A DNA stretch of 27,990 nucleotides. Origin: a virus (Duplodnaviria > Caudoviricetes). Positions within the stretch are counted from its first letter, which is position 1. Each line of letters opens with the position of its first letter. The notes beneath the pieces were generated by a model that was given only the letters and a program-made list of their open reading frames with translations, ran no database searches and had not been told where the DNA came from. The stretch lies in the IMG/VR virus record IMGVR_UViG_3300030708_002328, positions 1 through 27,990 of that record. One strand, 5' to 3'. Both the position numbers and the translations under genes were made by a program. Positions 1-8,848 of this stretch are shown here, in pieces.

Positions 1-143
1 TCTTGTTTTAGAGTTTGATAACCCATAGAGCCACTAATAATAAAACCTACAACGATAGCTATACTCTTAATATCGAGCTTTATATCAGGCTTTTTATCGC
101 CATCTATATCAATACCTACTTGTTTGTCTAATATTTCTGCCAT
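1..143 (-). CDS. Partial small membrane protein (holin-like or other); runs off the window edge
   Basis: Not in the ORF track. My translation from the ATG at 143 is MAEILDKQVGIDIDGDKKPDIKLDIKSIAIVVGFIISGSMGYQTLKQ..., open to position 1. It has one hydrophobic segment (IAIVVGFIISGSMGY) and the ATG GCA start common in this module. Confidence 0.7.
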   Translation of the reverse strand, partial: MAEILDKQVGIDIDGDKKPDIKLDIKSIAIVVGFIISGSMGYQTLKQ

Positions 144-181
144 TATGAAAGTGATTTAGTTGTTGTGTTTTCTGCTGCCAT
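143..181 (-). CDS. Possible 12-aa micro-ORF MAAENTTTKSLS
   Basis: Start context AAATT-ATG-GCA matches the MCP and 248-aa gene starts. Its TAA overlaps the next ATG (TAATG). Confidence 0.3.
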   Translation of the reverse strand: MAAENTTTKSLS

Positions 182-200
182 AATTTATTATTACCTGTTT

Positions 201-3200
201 TTACCTTCTTTTACCTCGTTTACTCCTCGTTCTACGTGTTCTTTTTCTTGTTTTCTTTTGCGTTTCGCTCATATCTAGTATATCAAGAACTGTAGGTGGC
301 TTGTCTAAACCAAAGTCATACGTTGACCATCCTAAACTCATAAGTAATCTTTCGTACGATTTATATCCTTGATCATGTAGATCAACACCTGCTTCTATTT
401 GCCTTACTAATCTTTCAATTCTATCAGTTGGTAAACCATATACAAATGAAGGCGTTTCAATTAACAAGTCTTTATAATTACCTTTACCTATAGCATTAAT
501 TATCTTTGCTGCCTTTCTAAACTTAGTAGATATTGTAGGTGATATTTCTAATACTTTAACATCTAAATCTCTTCTGTTACCTCTTGCTAATTCAATACCT
601 ATGTTTTTAGCTACTGATAATATACCACCAACTATACCACTACCTCGTAATATTGAATCAAGCGCAGCGTTTAAGTAATCTAACTTTTGTTTTTCTTCAA
701 CTTCTTCACCTTCACCTAACGCAAACATAAGTATTATAGCTCTTTGTAGTCCAGCAAACAATAAGTTTTGATATGCCATAAACTGGAACATTTGCCAAGC
801 TTGTTCTAGTCTACTATCACGTAATGATTTAAATGTACCATCTGCGTTTCTAACCCGTCTACCATTTTTAAAATCATTTAACGCTTTCTTACCTAACCTA
901 GTATACTGCATAGTAACGTTTTGGAAAGTTAAGAATATTCTACCCATAACACTAGCTTGTTGTTGTGATATTAAATCAGCTCTTGCAGACTGCTGTGATG
1001 CTTCAGCTTTTTCTCTAAAGTCTCTCATAGCTCTTCTCTCTGCTTGCACTTGATCCATACCTTTACTCATGTAATCATTTACAAGGTTTCTATAATAAGC
1101 AGCACCACCAAAAGCTATTGCTAAACTATCCATAAATCTAGTAGGTGCATAACCTTTGTTTTGTAGTAAGCTAGCTAAACGTAAGAAAGGATCTTTTTCA
1201 GAAGCTACAGTACGTTGTATTTCTTCTTGTACAATATCTATTTTACCTCTACCTCTTCTGTTTCTTAAAAACTCTGAGTTCCATAGTGTTGTAAAATCTG
1301 CAACCCATTGTTTTCTGTCCATAACTCTAGCTAGAGTATTAAATAAGTTGTTAGGTCCAGTAACTTCTATAAAGTTTGTTGATGATATAAACTGTAATAA
1401 AGCAGATCTTATATTAACAAACATGATATTACCTGTAGCAAAGTTTAACCACTTGATCCAAGGGTTATTAATCTGACTTTGATTTCTATTAACACCTTCT
1501 TCCATCCTGAAGAATATATCTTCCATAGCTTCTCTAAATTGAGTGCCATATATAGCTTCTATTTTATTCATCATGTCAGGCGTGAATATACTATATCTAT
1601 TATCAATAAATTCCTGATGTATACTTGGTCTTATAAATTTAAATACAAATTCTACATCTGAGTTTATATCTTGTTGTTTCCAGTATTGAGTTGGAGGTGG
1701 GTACATTTCAAACAAAGGTACTAATGAAGGTTTGATATTGTCGTTTAATAATTCAAATACATTGTCAGCGTAGTTTTTTAATTGCTGATCTTTCATAACG
1801 TAATCTAATAATCTATCAAACTGTTCTGTAGTGATGCCAGGTATATCATGCCCTGCTTTCCACCATAGATACACTCTAGCCGCGTCCATACGTGTAAATT
1901 CTGGTATTGCATCTTTATATAACTCTTCAATAAACTTCTTACCGTGTAGCTTTTTTAAACGAACTATACCGTCTCTAACAGCTAGCTTAATTCTATCAAG
2001 TGCACGTTCTGCTCTAGCGTAAGGTCTTAATATAGATTCTTCAAACCAAACTTTATCAGACTCACCTTTTCTACCTTTACCAGCTATGTGGTTATCCCAT
2101 AAGCCTTTTAAATCTTCTGCAGACGGTGGAATAAATATCTGATTTATTTTTGATCTAAAGTTAAATAATTCTGTTAACCAGAAACCAGGTCTGCCTTTTT
2201 CTTTGGCTTCTGTTTCATCTACTTTTCTACCAGCAACATCGCTATCAGGATTATTTTCGTCAAGTATTCTATCTAATACTTCTTCCGTTGCACCTTCTAC
2301 ACTAAACTTTTGTCTAGCTTGGTATATCTTACCACCAATGTTAAACATGTCTAACACATCAGCTACAGCTTTAACATTTTTAATAGCATCATCAGCAAAT
2401 AATATATCATTATAACCTTCAGCTACTTTACTAGTTATCCAGTCTGCCTTAGCTTCTGGTGTACCGTTTTCTAGTCCAACTATATTTTCTATTTTTAAAT
2501 CTAAACCTACACCACTTAAAAACTTTTGTATAGCTGGTGCAGCATTTTGTGGTCTTGCTGTTAGCACAAATATATCTGTGTTACCAAATTTATCTTTTAG
2601 TGCTTGTGCTTTGCCAAAGAAAGGCCCACGCTTACCAGCTTTTACCTTACTAAACTCACTAAAATCAAAAACTGCTCCTTCAGCTTCTAAGGCTTCAGAA
2701 CGTAAAGCAAACTCTGTAGCATCTATTTTACCTTTCGTGCCGTTAGGGAGCGTGTAAAGCACGTTAGATTTAGTCTTAGCAAGAGTATCATCAAAGTCTA
2801 TAACACTAGCGCCTTTTCTTTTAGCGTTAGGATCAATTGATTTTTTCATAGCTACAACAAAGTGTTGTGCTGATCTTGAGTCTGATCTTCTTTCTACGCT
2901 GTTCTTAGCTCTTATATTTAGTCTTTGTAAGGACTCTTTACTAAACACGTCACCAAAAACAGTACCATCTTTTATATGCTTTACAGGGTAGAAATCGTCT
3001 TTACCAAAGTTTGCTATAGTATAATATCTATTAGCCAAAGCATTATCACCAGCTTGATAACCTCTAGCCATTAGCGATCCCATAGGTATCTGCTTGTCCA
3101 TAGTTTCTGGTATAATAGCAACTTCATATTTAGACATTAACTTTTTAAGATCTGCTTTTGTTTTACCGTTATTTAAATAGTGATCAGCTATGTTTGTTAA

Positions 3201-6200
3201 TATATAACCAGCTGGTATTATGTGTTCATATCTTAATGGACCAGTGTAATTACCTACAAACTTATATGTATATGGTGCAGATCTACGTAGCATAGTTTGC
3301 ATATTACTATTTAAAGACTGTAATGCTAGTATAAAGTCTATGTCGTCATAGTTTCTAAGTGGCGTGTCTAATGTTTGACCCCTCTTACTATTTAAAAAGT
3401 CTAGGTATTTAAACATTGCTGCTGTTTGCTCGTCTGCTTCAGTTTTACTTTGGTCGTATGTTATGTTATTTTTTATTACAGACTTTGATTCTATTGGATT
3501 TAATTTTATTTCAGAATTACCTAAGAATACATCTTGACCTTCGTATGTTATTTCGTAACCACCTTCTCGTTTACCTATTTTATTTACTTTAGTAATTTGT
3601 ATACCAAGGTTATCACGTAATAACGTGTTGAGCATATCGTCTATGTTTTGGTAGTTTTGAAATCTTGATCTCGCGCCAGCTCTATCTTTATCAATTACAC
3701 TTAGTATACCATCAATAACACCAAGAGCTTTGTTTGATATTTGACTTGCTGAAGCCGTGTGACCTTTCATAAACTTTAAAACAAACTTAGCAACTTCTTT
3801 TGGATCGTTGTTAAATTCTTTGATTAAGCTTTTTACAAAAGCTTTATCTATTGCTCTTGCTTTTTCTACTCTACCATCTTCAAGGTGGTATGCGTTTAGG
3901 TCTTTTTCTAAGTTAGCTATTTTATCTACAAACTTGCTGAACATTAATTCATCACTTGCTATGTCAGCAAACTCTTGTTGTATGAAATCTTCTAATGTAA
4001 CAACGCCTGGTTTTATTTTAGATCTTTGCGCTTTAGCAAGCTTTGTAAAATCACCATACTTGGCAATAATATCTTTATAAGCTTTTGATACTAATAATAT
4101 TTTTTTATCACCAAACCTCAACAACTGTCTTACAGCCGCGTCAACATCAACACCGCTTCTTATTAATTCAACAATGCTATCATTAACTTCAAATACTTTT
4201 ATCCTATCAGCTGGGTTTAATGTTTGTACACTATTTTTTATTCTATCACTTTGTCTTACTATTTCAGCTGCTTTAGCCTCATTTATAACTCTGTCAAATA
4301 AGCTTTGTGTTTTTGCTAGTCTTTCTGCGATAGGTGAGTTTTTAAAATTACCTGTTTTTATAAAGTTAAGTAAATCGTTTTGTAGTATTTCTCTTGCTAA
4401 TCTTTGTGATAGGTTAATAGCTAAACCTTCTTTTTTAGCTTGACTTGGTTTATTGTTAGGCAGGTATATATCTAATAGAGCTTTTGGGTTTCTTATAAGA
4501 TTCCTTATACCTTGCTTATCTTTTCTCATTATCTGTGGACCAGATGTTTTACCCGTATCTGTTTTGCTTTGTCTGTCTATCTTTTTACCTTTCCAGTCCG
4601 ATGTGAACTCACCATTAACAGATTTTTGTACTATCTGCGGTATGTTTTTAGCAGCGTATTCAGTGCTAACTTCATTTAGTATTGTTGCTGTGTTATTTTC
4701 TATGAAAGATTTTAAATCTTTTAATAAAGGCGCTATTATTCTCCAGTTACCACCACCTGGATTTTTAGCTGTAGCTTGAGCAAACCTAGCGTTTAACGCT
4801 TGAAATAACGGTGATATGCTTCTGTTAAGCGTAACACCCTCTGTTATATCTTGTGTAAATCTACCTAATTCACCTTGTACTAATTCAGTTAACTCTTTAA
4901 TTGTTTTTACTGGTACACCTAGCTTTTCAGCAACCTCAGTAAAACCAAAATCTTCTACAGTGTCACCTGTTTCTTGTGCTATACCTCTTGCTTCGTCTAT
5001 ATCAACCGTCTTTGCTCTTTCTTGCTGTTCTTTAATAACTGATTTTGTAACATCAAGCGTTTGATATCCTAAGTTTTTCATTAACCAACCAAAGTAGTCT
5101 GCTCTACCATCAGCGTCTTTTATTCTACCATCGTAGTTGTTTGACACGCTTATAAACTCTGAATATACATCGTTTATCCATTGTGTAGGTGACACACCCG
5201 CAGGTCTTTTACCTAATATATAAGTATCAAGTATTTTATTCTCAATTGCAAATGCTAAAACTTCAGCTGCTATTTCTTCGTTCCAAACAAAGTCATCAAC
5301 AACTTCGTCTTCTTCTCTTCCAACCCTTGCATCTCTATAATTTTGCATTATTCTCTGAACAGCATTGTTCATTTTATCTCTTCTTCTAGCAAAGCCTTTA
5401 GGATCTTCTTGTAAACTAGATTTTGGTTCTGCTCTTCTAGCTTTTTCTAATGATGATCTTTTTTGGTTGTATTGTACGAAAGAATCAAAATACCTTAACA
5501 ACTCAGCGGCGTTGTTAAAATCTATTTGAGGTACAACAGCGCCAGCAAACCCACCAAAGAAAGCAGCGTGATCTTTAACTTTATGTTTATTAGCTAAGAA
5601 GTACTCAAAGAACATTGGAATAACCTCAACTTGACTTTGATCTTTTATTTGTTCATATATGTCAGGTAAGGCGTTTTTAGTATACTCTTTTATAGCGTCT
5701 GCTATTTCTGCCTCTCTAGCTGTATCAACCCCACTTTCACTATCAAACGTTAAAGCGTCGTCAACAACAGCATGAATAACCTCATGTGGCATAGTAAATG
5801 CTCTTCTATTTCTAACTGCATTTTCTTTTATAGATATTGCTGTTCTAACACTTTGACCGTTGCTGTTTGTAGAATCTAACTGTATACCGTTTTGTCTACC
5901 TTCTCTAATATTTTTTATTATCTCTGCTTTTTCAGCTTCTGTTTTATCAGACTGTTTTACCCTGTCTATAGCTTGTTCTTTTGTCAACGACTCAACTTCC
6001 ATTTCATATCTTCTGCCTTTCTTTTTGTTGTGTTCTTTTGCTATTTTTTTATATACTAAAACTTGGTTATCATGTAAGTCTTCATAAAACATTTCTTCAG
6101 CTCTAGCCTCTACGTTTTCAACGCCCTCAGCTTTTGCAGCATCAATATACCTATCGTACTTCTCTTGATTTTGCTTGTCCTTAGAATCTTTTAGTAGCTT

Positions 6201-8840
6201 AAATTGATTTAGCTTACCACTTTTTATCGCATCAAGATGATTAATTTCGTTAGCAACTTCAACTTCAATCTCTAGTTTTCTAGCATCAAGCTCTGCAGCT
6301 GTTATTTCGCCATCCTCATACTGCTTTTGTAAAGCTTCATACTCTAGTCTTTTTTCGTTTATGATAGCCTCTTGTCGCATTATCTGACCCAATATTGCTT
6401 TATTAAAAGCTGGTAGTTCAGGTATTAAAATTTTATATTGTTTATCTAAGGCATCAGCTGACTCTTGTACTTTCTTTTTCTGCGCTTCAATTAATTCCTC
6501 GTATTTTTTATCTACTTTACCTGACTGGTCAACTCTTTCTCTCTGCCTTCTTCTTAACTCATCTAGTCTACTAACCTCATTGTGAAAGCCCTCATACTGT
6601 TTTGTTAAACCATCTCTTGTTTTACTATCAACTGTACTTGCTATAGCTGCACCGTGAAGTGTACTCATAATTCCCATACCTCCACCCATGATCATACCAC
6701 CAAAGAAAGCTGTAGGTACGCCTTCCATTATTGGCCTTCTATCTAAAACGTTCTGCATTACTTGAGTGGCACTTTCACCTAAACCTTCAGCTGCAAAAGC
6801 AAATGGAACAGCTGATAGAAAGTTTTTTCGTAAGTATTGACCACCTGATGGTGCAAGTGCTTTAATAACATCGTCGTTACCTATTCTAGGTATACCTCTA
6901 GGTGATATCATGTTATCAACTAACTTAAACGTTGTTAAAGATTCACCAAGGTATTCTGCTAAACCATGACCAGCAGATATAAACATCTTCTGTGCTAGCG
7001 ACGTTTTACCTGCCGTTGGATTTATATATTCGTCAAAATCATATTCTGATCTTCTAGCGCCACCACCTAACCCCATCATACTACCAAATCTTGCAGCTCC
7101 AGTTGCCGGTCCTGCAAAAGAAGTTAAAGCTATAGTACCAACTATAGGTAAAAAATCAGCAAGCATATCAAAAGCTAATTCACCAACACGACCAGTTTGT
7201 AACGCTGTGCCAATATCTTGTACACCCTCCCTGTATTTACCTAGTGCTGTTTTGTATTGTTTTTGCCTTTCAATATTAAACTTATTTATAGATTCATCTG
7301 TTAGCGATGGAAAAGTTTCTTTAAACCAATCAGAGTTTTGTTCACCTCCTTCAAATAACGTTTCTTTTAATGACTGACCACCATCTTTACGTGCTTTAGA
7401 GGCGGCTGTTATTATCATATCTACATCAGATGCTGTTCTACCCCAAAATGTCCACAGGTCATTTATAGTTCTGTTTGTTGCGACATCAAATTTATCAAAC
7501 CATCTTTTAGTCATGTTAAATGATTTTCTAGCAACCTCTAGTTGTTCATCTACATTTTCAACGTAATCAATACTGCTTAATATGTTTCTGCTTTCAGCAT
7601 CAATATCAAATATCTTACCACTAACCTTTTCACTTAAAACTCTAAGTCTTTCTCTGTCACCATCATTCATATTGTACATCATTTGCTGAGAGTTCTCATG
7701 CTCATCGTATTTATCTAACAAGGTGTTTAAAGCCACAACATCAGGATCAGCATCAAAGTTTTTGTTTAGTAGGTCAACAGTTTCTATTCTACTTTCAAGG
7801 TCTTTTGCGGCTGATGATTCTAGGGCTCTACCACCTATATATGTTTCTGCTTGTTTTTCGTAGTCATCTATTTCTGATAAATACTTATCACCTTTAGCTG
7901 CTCTTTTATCATACAGTCCTTTACGTATATATATTTGTTTAGCTACTCTTTCTATATCTTCGTTTGATGGGTTTTTGTTATCTTCTTTATCAGCTAAGTA
8001 CAGCTTTGCTTGATCTATAATATCTTTATACGGCATGAAGGTAGTTGTAATAGAAGTACCAGGCGCTGTTCCAGGTATTCTACTTGTTTGTACTTCAAAT
8101 AAGTTTACTTCTTCTGCAGATTGTTTTATAGCTTGTTCTTCTTCATCGGTTAGCTTAATAGCATCGTAATAATCTTTACCGATATTGCTATATATAGATG
8201 TTATTGTGGATTGGCCTTTTTTAAATTCATCAGAGTCTTTATCAACATTAGCATTAAAAAACTCTGTTAATATTTCTTTGTTCTTATTTTGATCTGTAGG
8301 GTCAAGTAATATAGTTTGTTCTTTACCGTTAGGCGCGGTTATTATTAAAGATCTTTTACCCTCAACTTTAAACTGCGCGTTCATTATACTTCCAGCTTCC
8401 ATGAGACGCTTCTCTGTTTCGCTATAGCTGTTGCCTTTTCTAATTTTAAAACCGTATGGGGAAAGTAATTGTTTGACATGATGGTAGTCTTGAGTGAGTG
8501 TTTTTGTACCATCATAAAAATTATCCAATAGTTCCATTGGATCTATGTCAGGATCGACTTTAACTTTTTCTCTAGCCTGTAACCTTCTCTCTCTTTCTTC
8601 GCTTTCATTTATAGCTTCAATATCAGCATCATCGTATGCCCTATATATTTTAGCCGCTTGCCCAGCTGCGGTTACTCTATCAAGTTCTATGCCCTTAGGA
8701 TCTGTAACCTTTTGCTTAAAGTCATTAATAAACCTATTTGTGTCGCCTTGATAATACTGTTCGAGTTCTGCAATTTTATCATCAGTAAGCTTAACGTCTG
8801 GTGCATACTGACGATAAAATTCAAATATAGTTTCTTTCAT
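201..8840 (-). CDS. Giant internal virion/ejected polyvalent protein (zincin HEXXH, sigma-like, HNH-like and HAD phosphatase modules)
   Basis: 2879-aa ORF downstream of the tail genes. Motifs: HEVIH (5772-5786); YFGWLMKNLGYQTLD plus TEVAEKLGVPVKTIKE (4893-5100); EHIIP (3213-3227); DFDDTL/LTAR/K/FADD (2388-2798). Also Gly-rich hydrophobic segments and coiled-coil stretches. The virion-cargo role is inferred from synteny. Confidence 0.8.
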   Translation of the reverse strand: MKETIFEFYRQYAPDVKLTDDKIAELEQYYQGDTNRFINDFKQKVTDPKGIELDRVTAAGQAAKIYRAYDDADIEAINESEERERRLQAREKVKVDPDIDPMELLDNFYDGTKTLTQDYHHVKQLLSPYGFKIRKGNSYSETEKRLMEAGSIMNAQFKVEGKRSLIITAPNGKEQTILLDPTDQNKNKEILTEFFNANVDKDSDEFKKGQSTITSIYSNIGKDYYDAIKLTDEEEQAIKQSAEEVNLFEVQTSRIPGTAPGTSITTTFMPYKDIIDQAKLYLADKEDNKNPSNEDIERVAKQIYIRKGLYDKRAAKGDKYLSEIDDYEKQAETYIGGRALESSAAKDLESRIETVDLLNKNFDADPDVVALNTLLDKYDEHENSQQMMYNMNDGDRERLRVLSEKVSGKIFDIDAESRNILSSIDYVENVDEQLEVARKSFNMTKRWFDKFDVATNRTINDLWTFWGRTASDVDMIITAASKARKDGGQSLKETLFEGGEQNSDWFKETFPSLTDESINKFNIERQKQYKTALGKYREGVQDIGTALQTGRVGELAFDMLADFLPIVGTIALTSFAGPATGAARFGSMMGLGGGARRSEYDFDEYINPTAGKTSLAQKMFISAGHGLAEYLGESLTTFKLVDNMISPRGIPRIGNDDVIKALAPSGGQYLRKNFLSAVPFAFAAEGLGESATQVMQNVLDRRPIMEGVPTAFFGGMIMGGGMGIMSTLHGAAIASTVDSKTRDGLTKQYEGFHNEVSRLDELRRRQRERVDQSGKVDKKYEELIEAQKKKVQESADALDKQYKILIPELPAFNKAILGQIMRQEAIINEKRLEYEALQKQYEDGEITAAELDARKLEIEVEVANEINHLDAIKSGKLNQFKLLKDSKDKQNQEKYDRYIDAAKAEGVENVEARAEEMFYEDLHDNQVLVYKKIAKEHNKKKGRRYEMEVESLTKEQAIDRVKQSDKTEAEKAEIIKNIREGRQNGIQLDSTNSNGQSVRTAISIKENAVRNRRAFTMPHEVIHAVVDDALTFDSESGVDTAREAEIADAIKEYTKNALPDIYEQIKDQSQVEVIPMFFEYFLANKHKVKDHAAFFGGFAGAVVPQIDFNNAAELLRYFDSFVQYNQKRSSLEKARRAEPKSSLQEDPKGFARRRDKMNNAVQRIMQNYRDARVGREEDEVVDDFVWNEEIAAEVLAFAIENKILDTYILGKRPAGVSPTQWINDVYSEFISVSNNYDGRIKDADGRADYFGWLMKNLGYQTLDVTKSVIKEQQERAKTVDIDEARGIAQETGDTVEDFGFTEVAEKLGVPVKTIKELTELVQGELGRFTQDITEGVTLNRSISPLFQALNARFAQATAKNPGGGNWRIIAPLLKDLKSFIENNTATILNEVSTEYAAKNIPQIVQKSVNGEFTSDWKGKKIDRQSKTDTGKTSGPQIMRKDKQGIRNLIRNPKALLDIYLPNNKPSQAKKEGLAINLSQRLAREILQNDLLNFIKTGNFKNSPIAERLAKTQSLFDRVINEAKAAEIVRQSDRIKNSVQTLNPADRIKVFEVNDSIVELIRSGVDVDAAVRQLLRFGDKKILLVSKAYKDIIAKYGDFTKLAKAQRSKIKPGVVTLEDFIQQEFADIASDELMFSKFVDKIANLEKDLNAYHLEDGRVEKARAIDKAFVKSLIKEFNNDPKEVAKFVLKFMKGHTASASQISNKALGVIDGILSVIDKDRAGARSRFQNYQNIDDMLNTLLRDNLGIQITKVNKIGKREGGYEITYEGQDVFLGNSEIKLNPIESKSVIKNNITYDQSKTEADEQTAAMFKYLDFLNSKRGQTLDTPLRNYDDIDFILALQSLNSNMQTMLRRSAPYTYKFVGNYTGPLRYEHIIPAGYILTNIADHYLNNGKTKADLKKLMSKYEVAIIPETMDKQIPMGSLMARGYQAGDNALANRYYTIANFGKDDFYPVKHIKDGTVFGDVFSKESLQRLNIRAKNSVERRSDSRSAQHFVVAMKKSIDPNAKRKGASVIDFDDTLAKTKSNVLYTLPNGTKGKIDATEFALRSEALEAEGAVFDFSEFSKVKAGKRGPFFGKAQALKDKFGNTDIFVLTARPQNAAPAIQKFLSGVGLDLKIENIVGLENGTPEAKADWITSKVAEGYNDILFADDAIKNVKAVADVLDMFNIGGKIYQARQKFSVEGATEEVLDRILDENNPDSDVAGRKVDETEAKEKGRPGFWLTELFNFRSKINQIFIPPSAEDLKGLWDNHIAGKGRKGESDKVWFEESILRPYARAERALDRIKLAVRDGIVRLKKLHGKKFIEELYKDAIPEFTRMDAARVYLWWKAGHDIPGITTEQFDRLLDYVMKDQQLKNYADNVFELLNDNIKPSLVPLFEMYPPPTQYWKQQDINSDVEFVFKFIRPSIHQEFIDNRYSIFTPDMMNKIEAIYGTQFREAMEDIFFRMEEGVNRNQSQINNPWIKWLNFATGNIMFVNIRSALLQFISSTNFIEVTGPNNLFNTLARVMDRKQWVADFTTLWNSEFLRNRRGRGKIDIVQEEIQRTVASEKDPFLRLASLLQNKGYAPTRFMDSLAIAFGGAAYYRNLVNDYMSKGMDQVQAERRAMRDFREKAEASQQSARADLISQQQASVMGRIFLTFQNVTMQYTRLGKKALNDFKNGRRVRNADGTFKSLRDSRLEQAWQMFQFMAYQNLLFAGLQRAIILMFALGEGEEVEEKQKLDYLNAALDSILRGSGIVGGILSVAKNIGIELARGNRRDLDVKVLEISPTISTKFRKAAKIINAIGKGNYKDLLIETPSFVYGLPTDRIERLVRQIEAGVDLHDQGYKSYERLLMSLGWSTYDFGLDKPPTVLDILDMSETQKKTRKRTRRTRSKRGKRR

Positions 8841-8848
8841 AATTTAAT

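Noticed and set aside
2781-2798. DFDD as a virion RNA polymerase catalytic motif (DxDxD, as in the crAss-like vRNAP)
   Set aside because: The sequence is DFDDTL, with downstream TAR, K and DD motifs, which is a HAD signature. I found no convincing DFDGD/DFDID motif in the giant protein.
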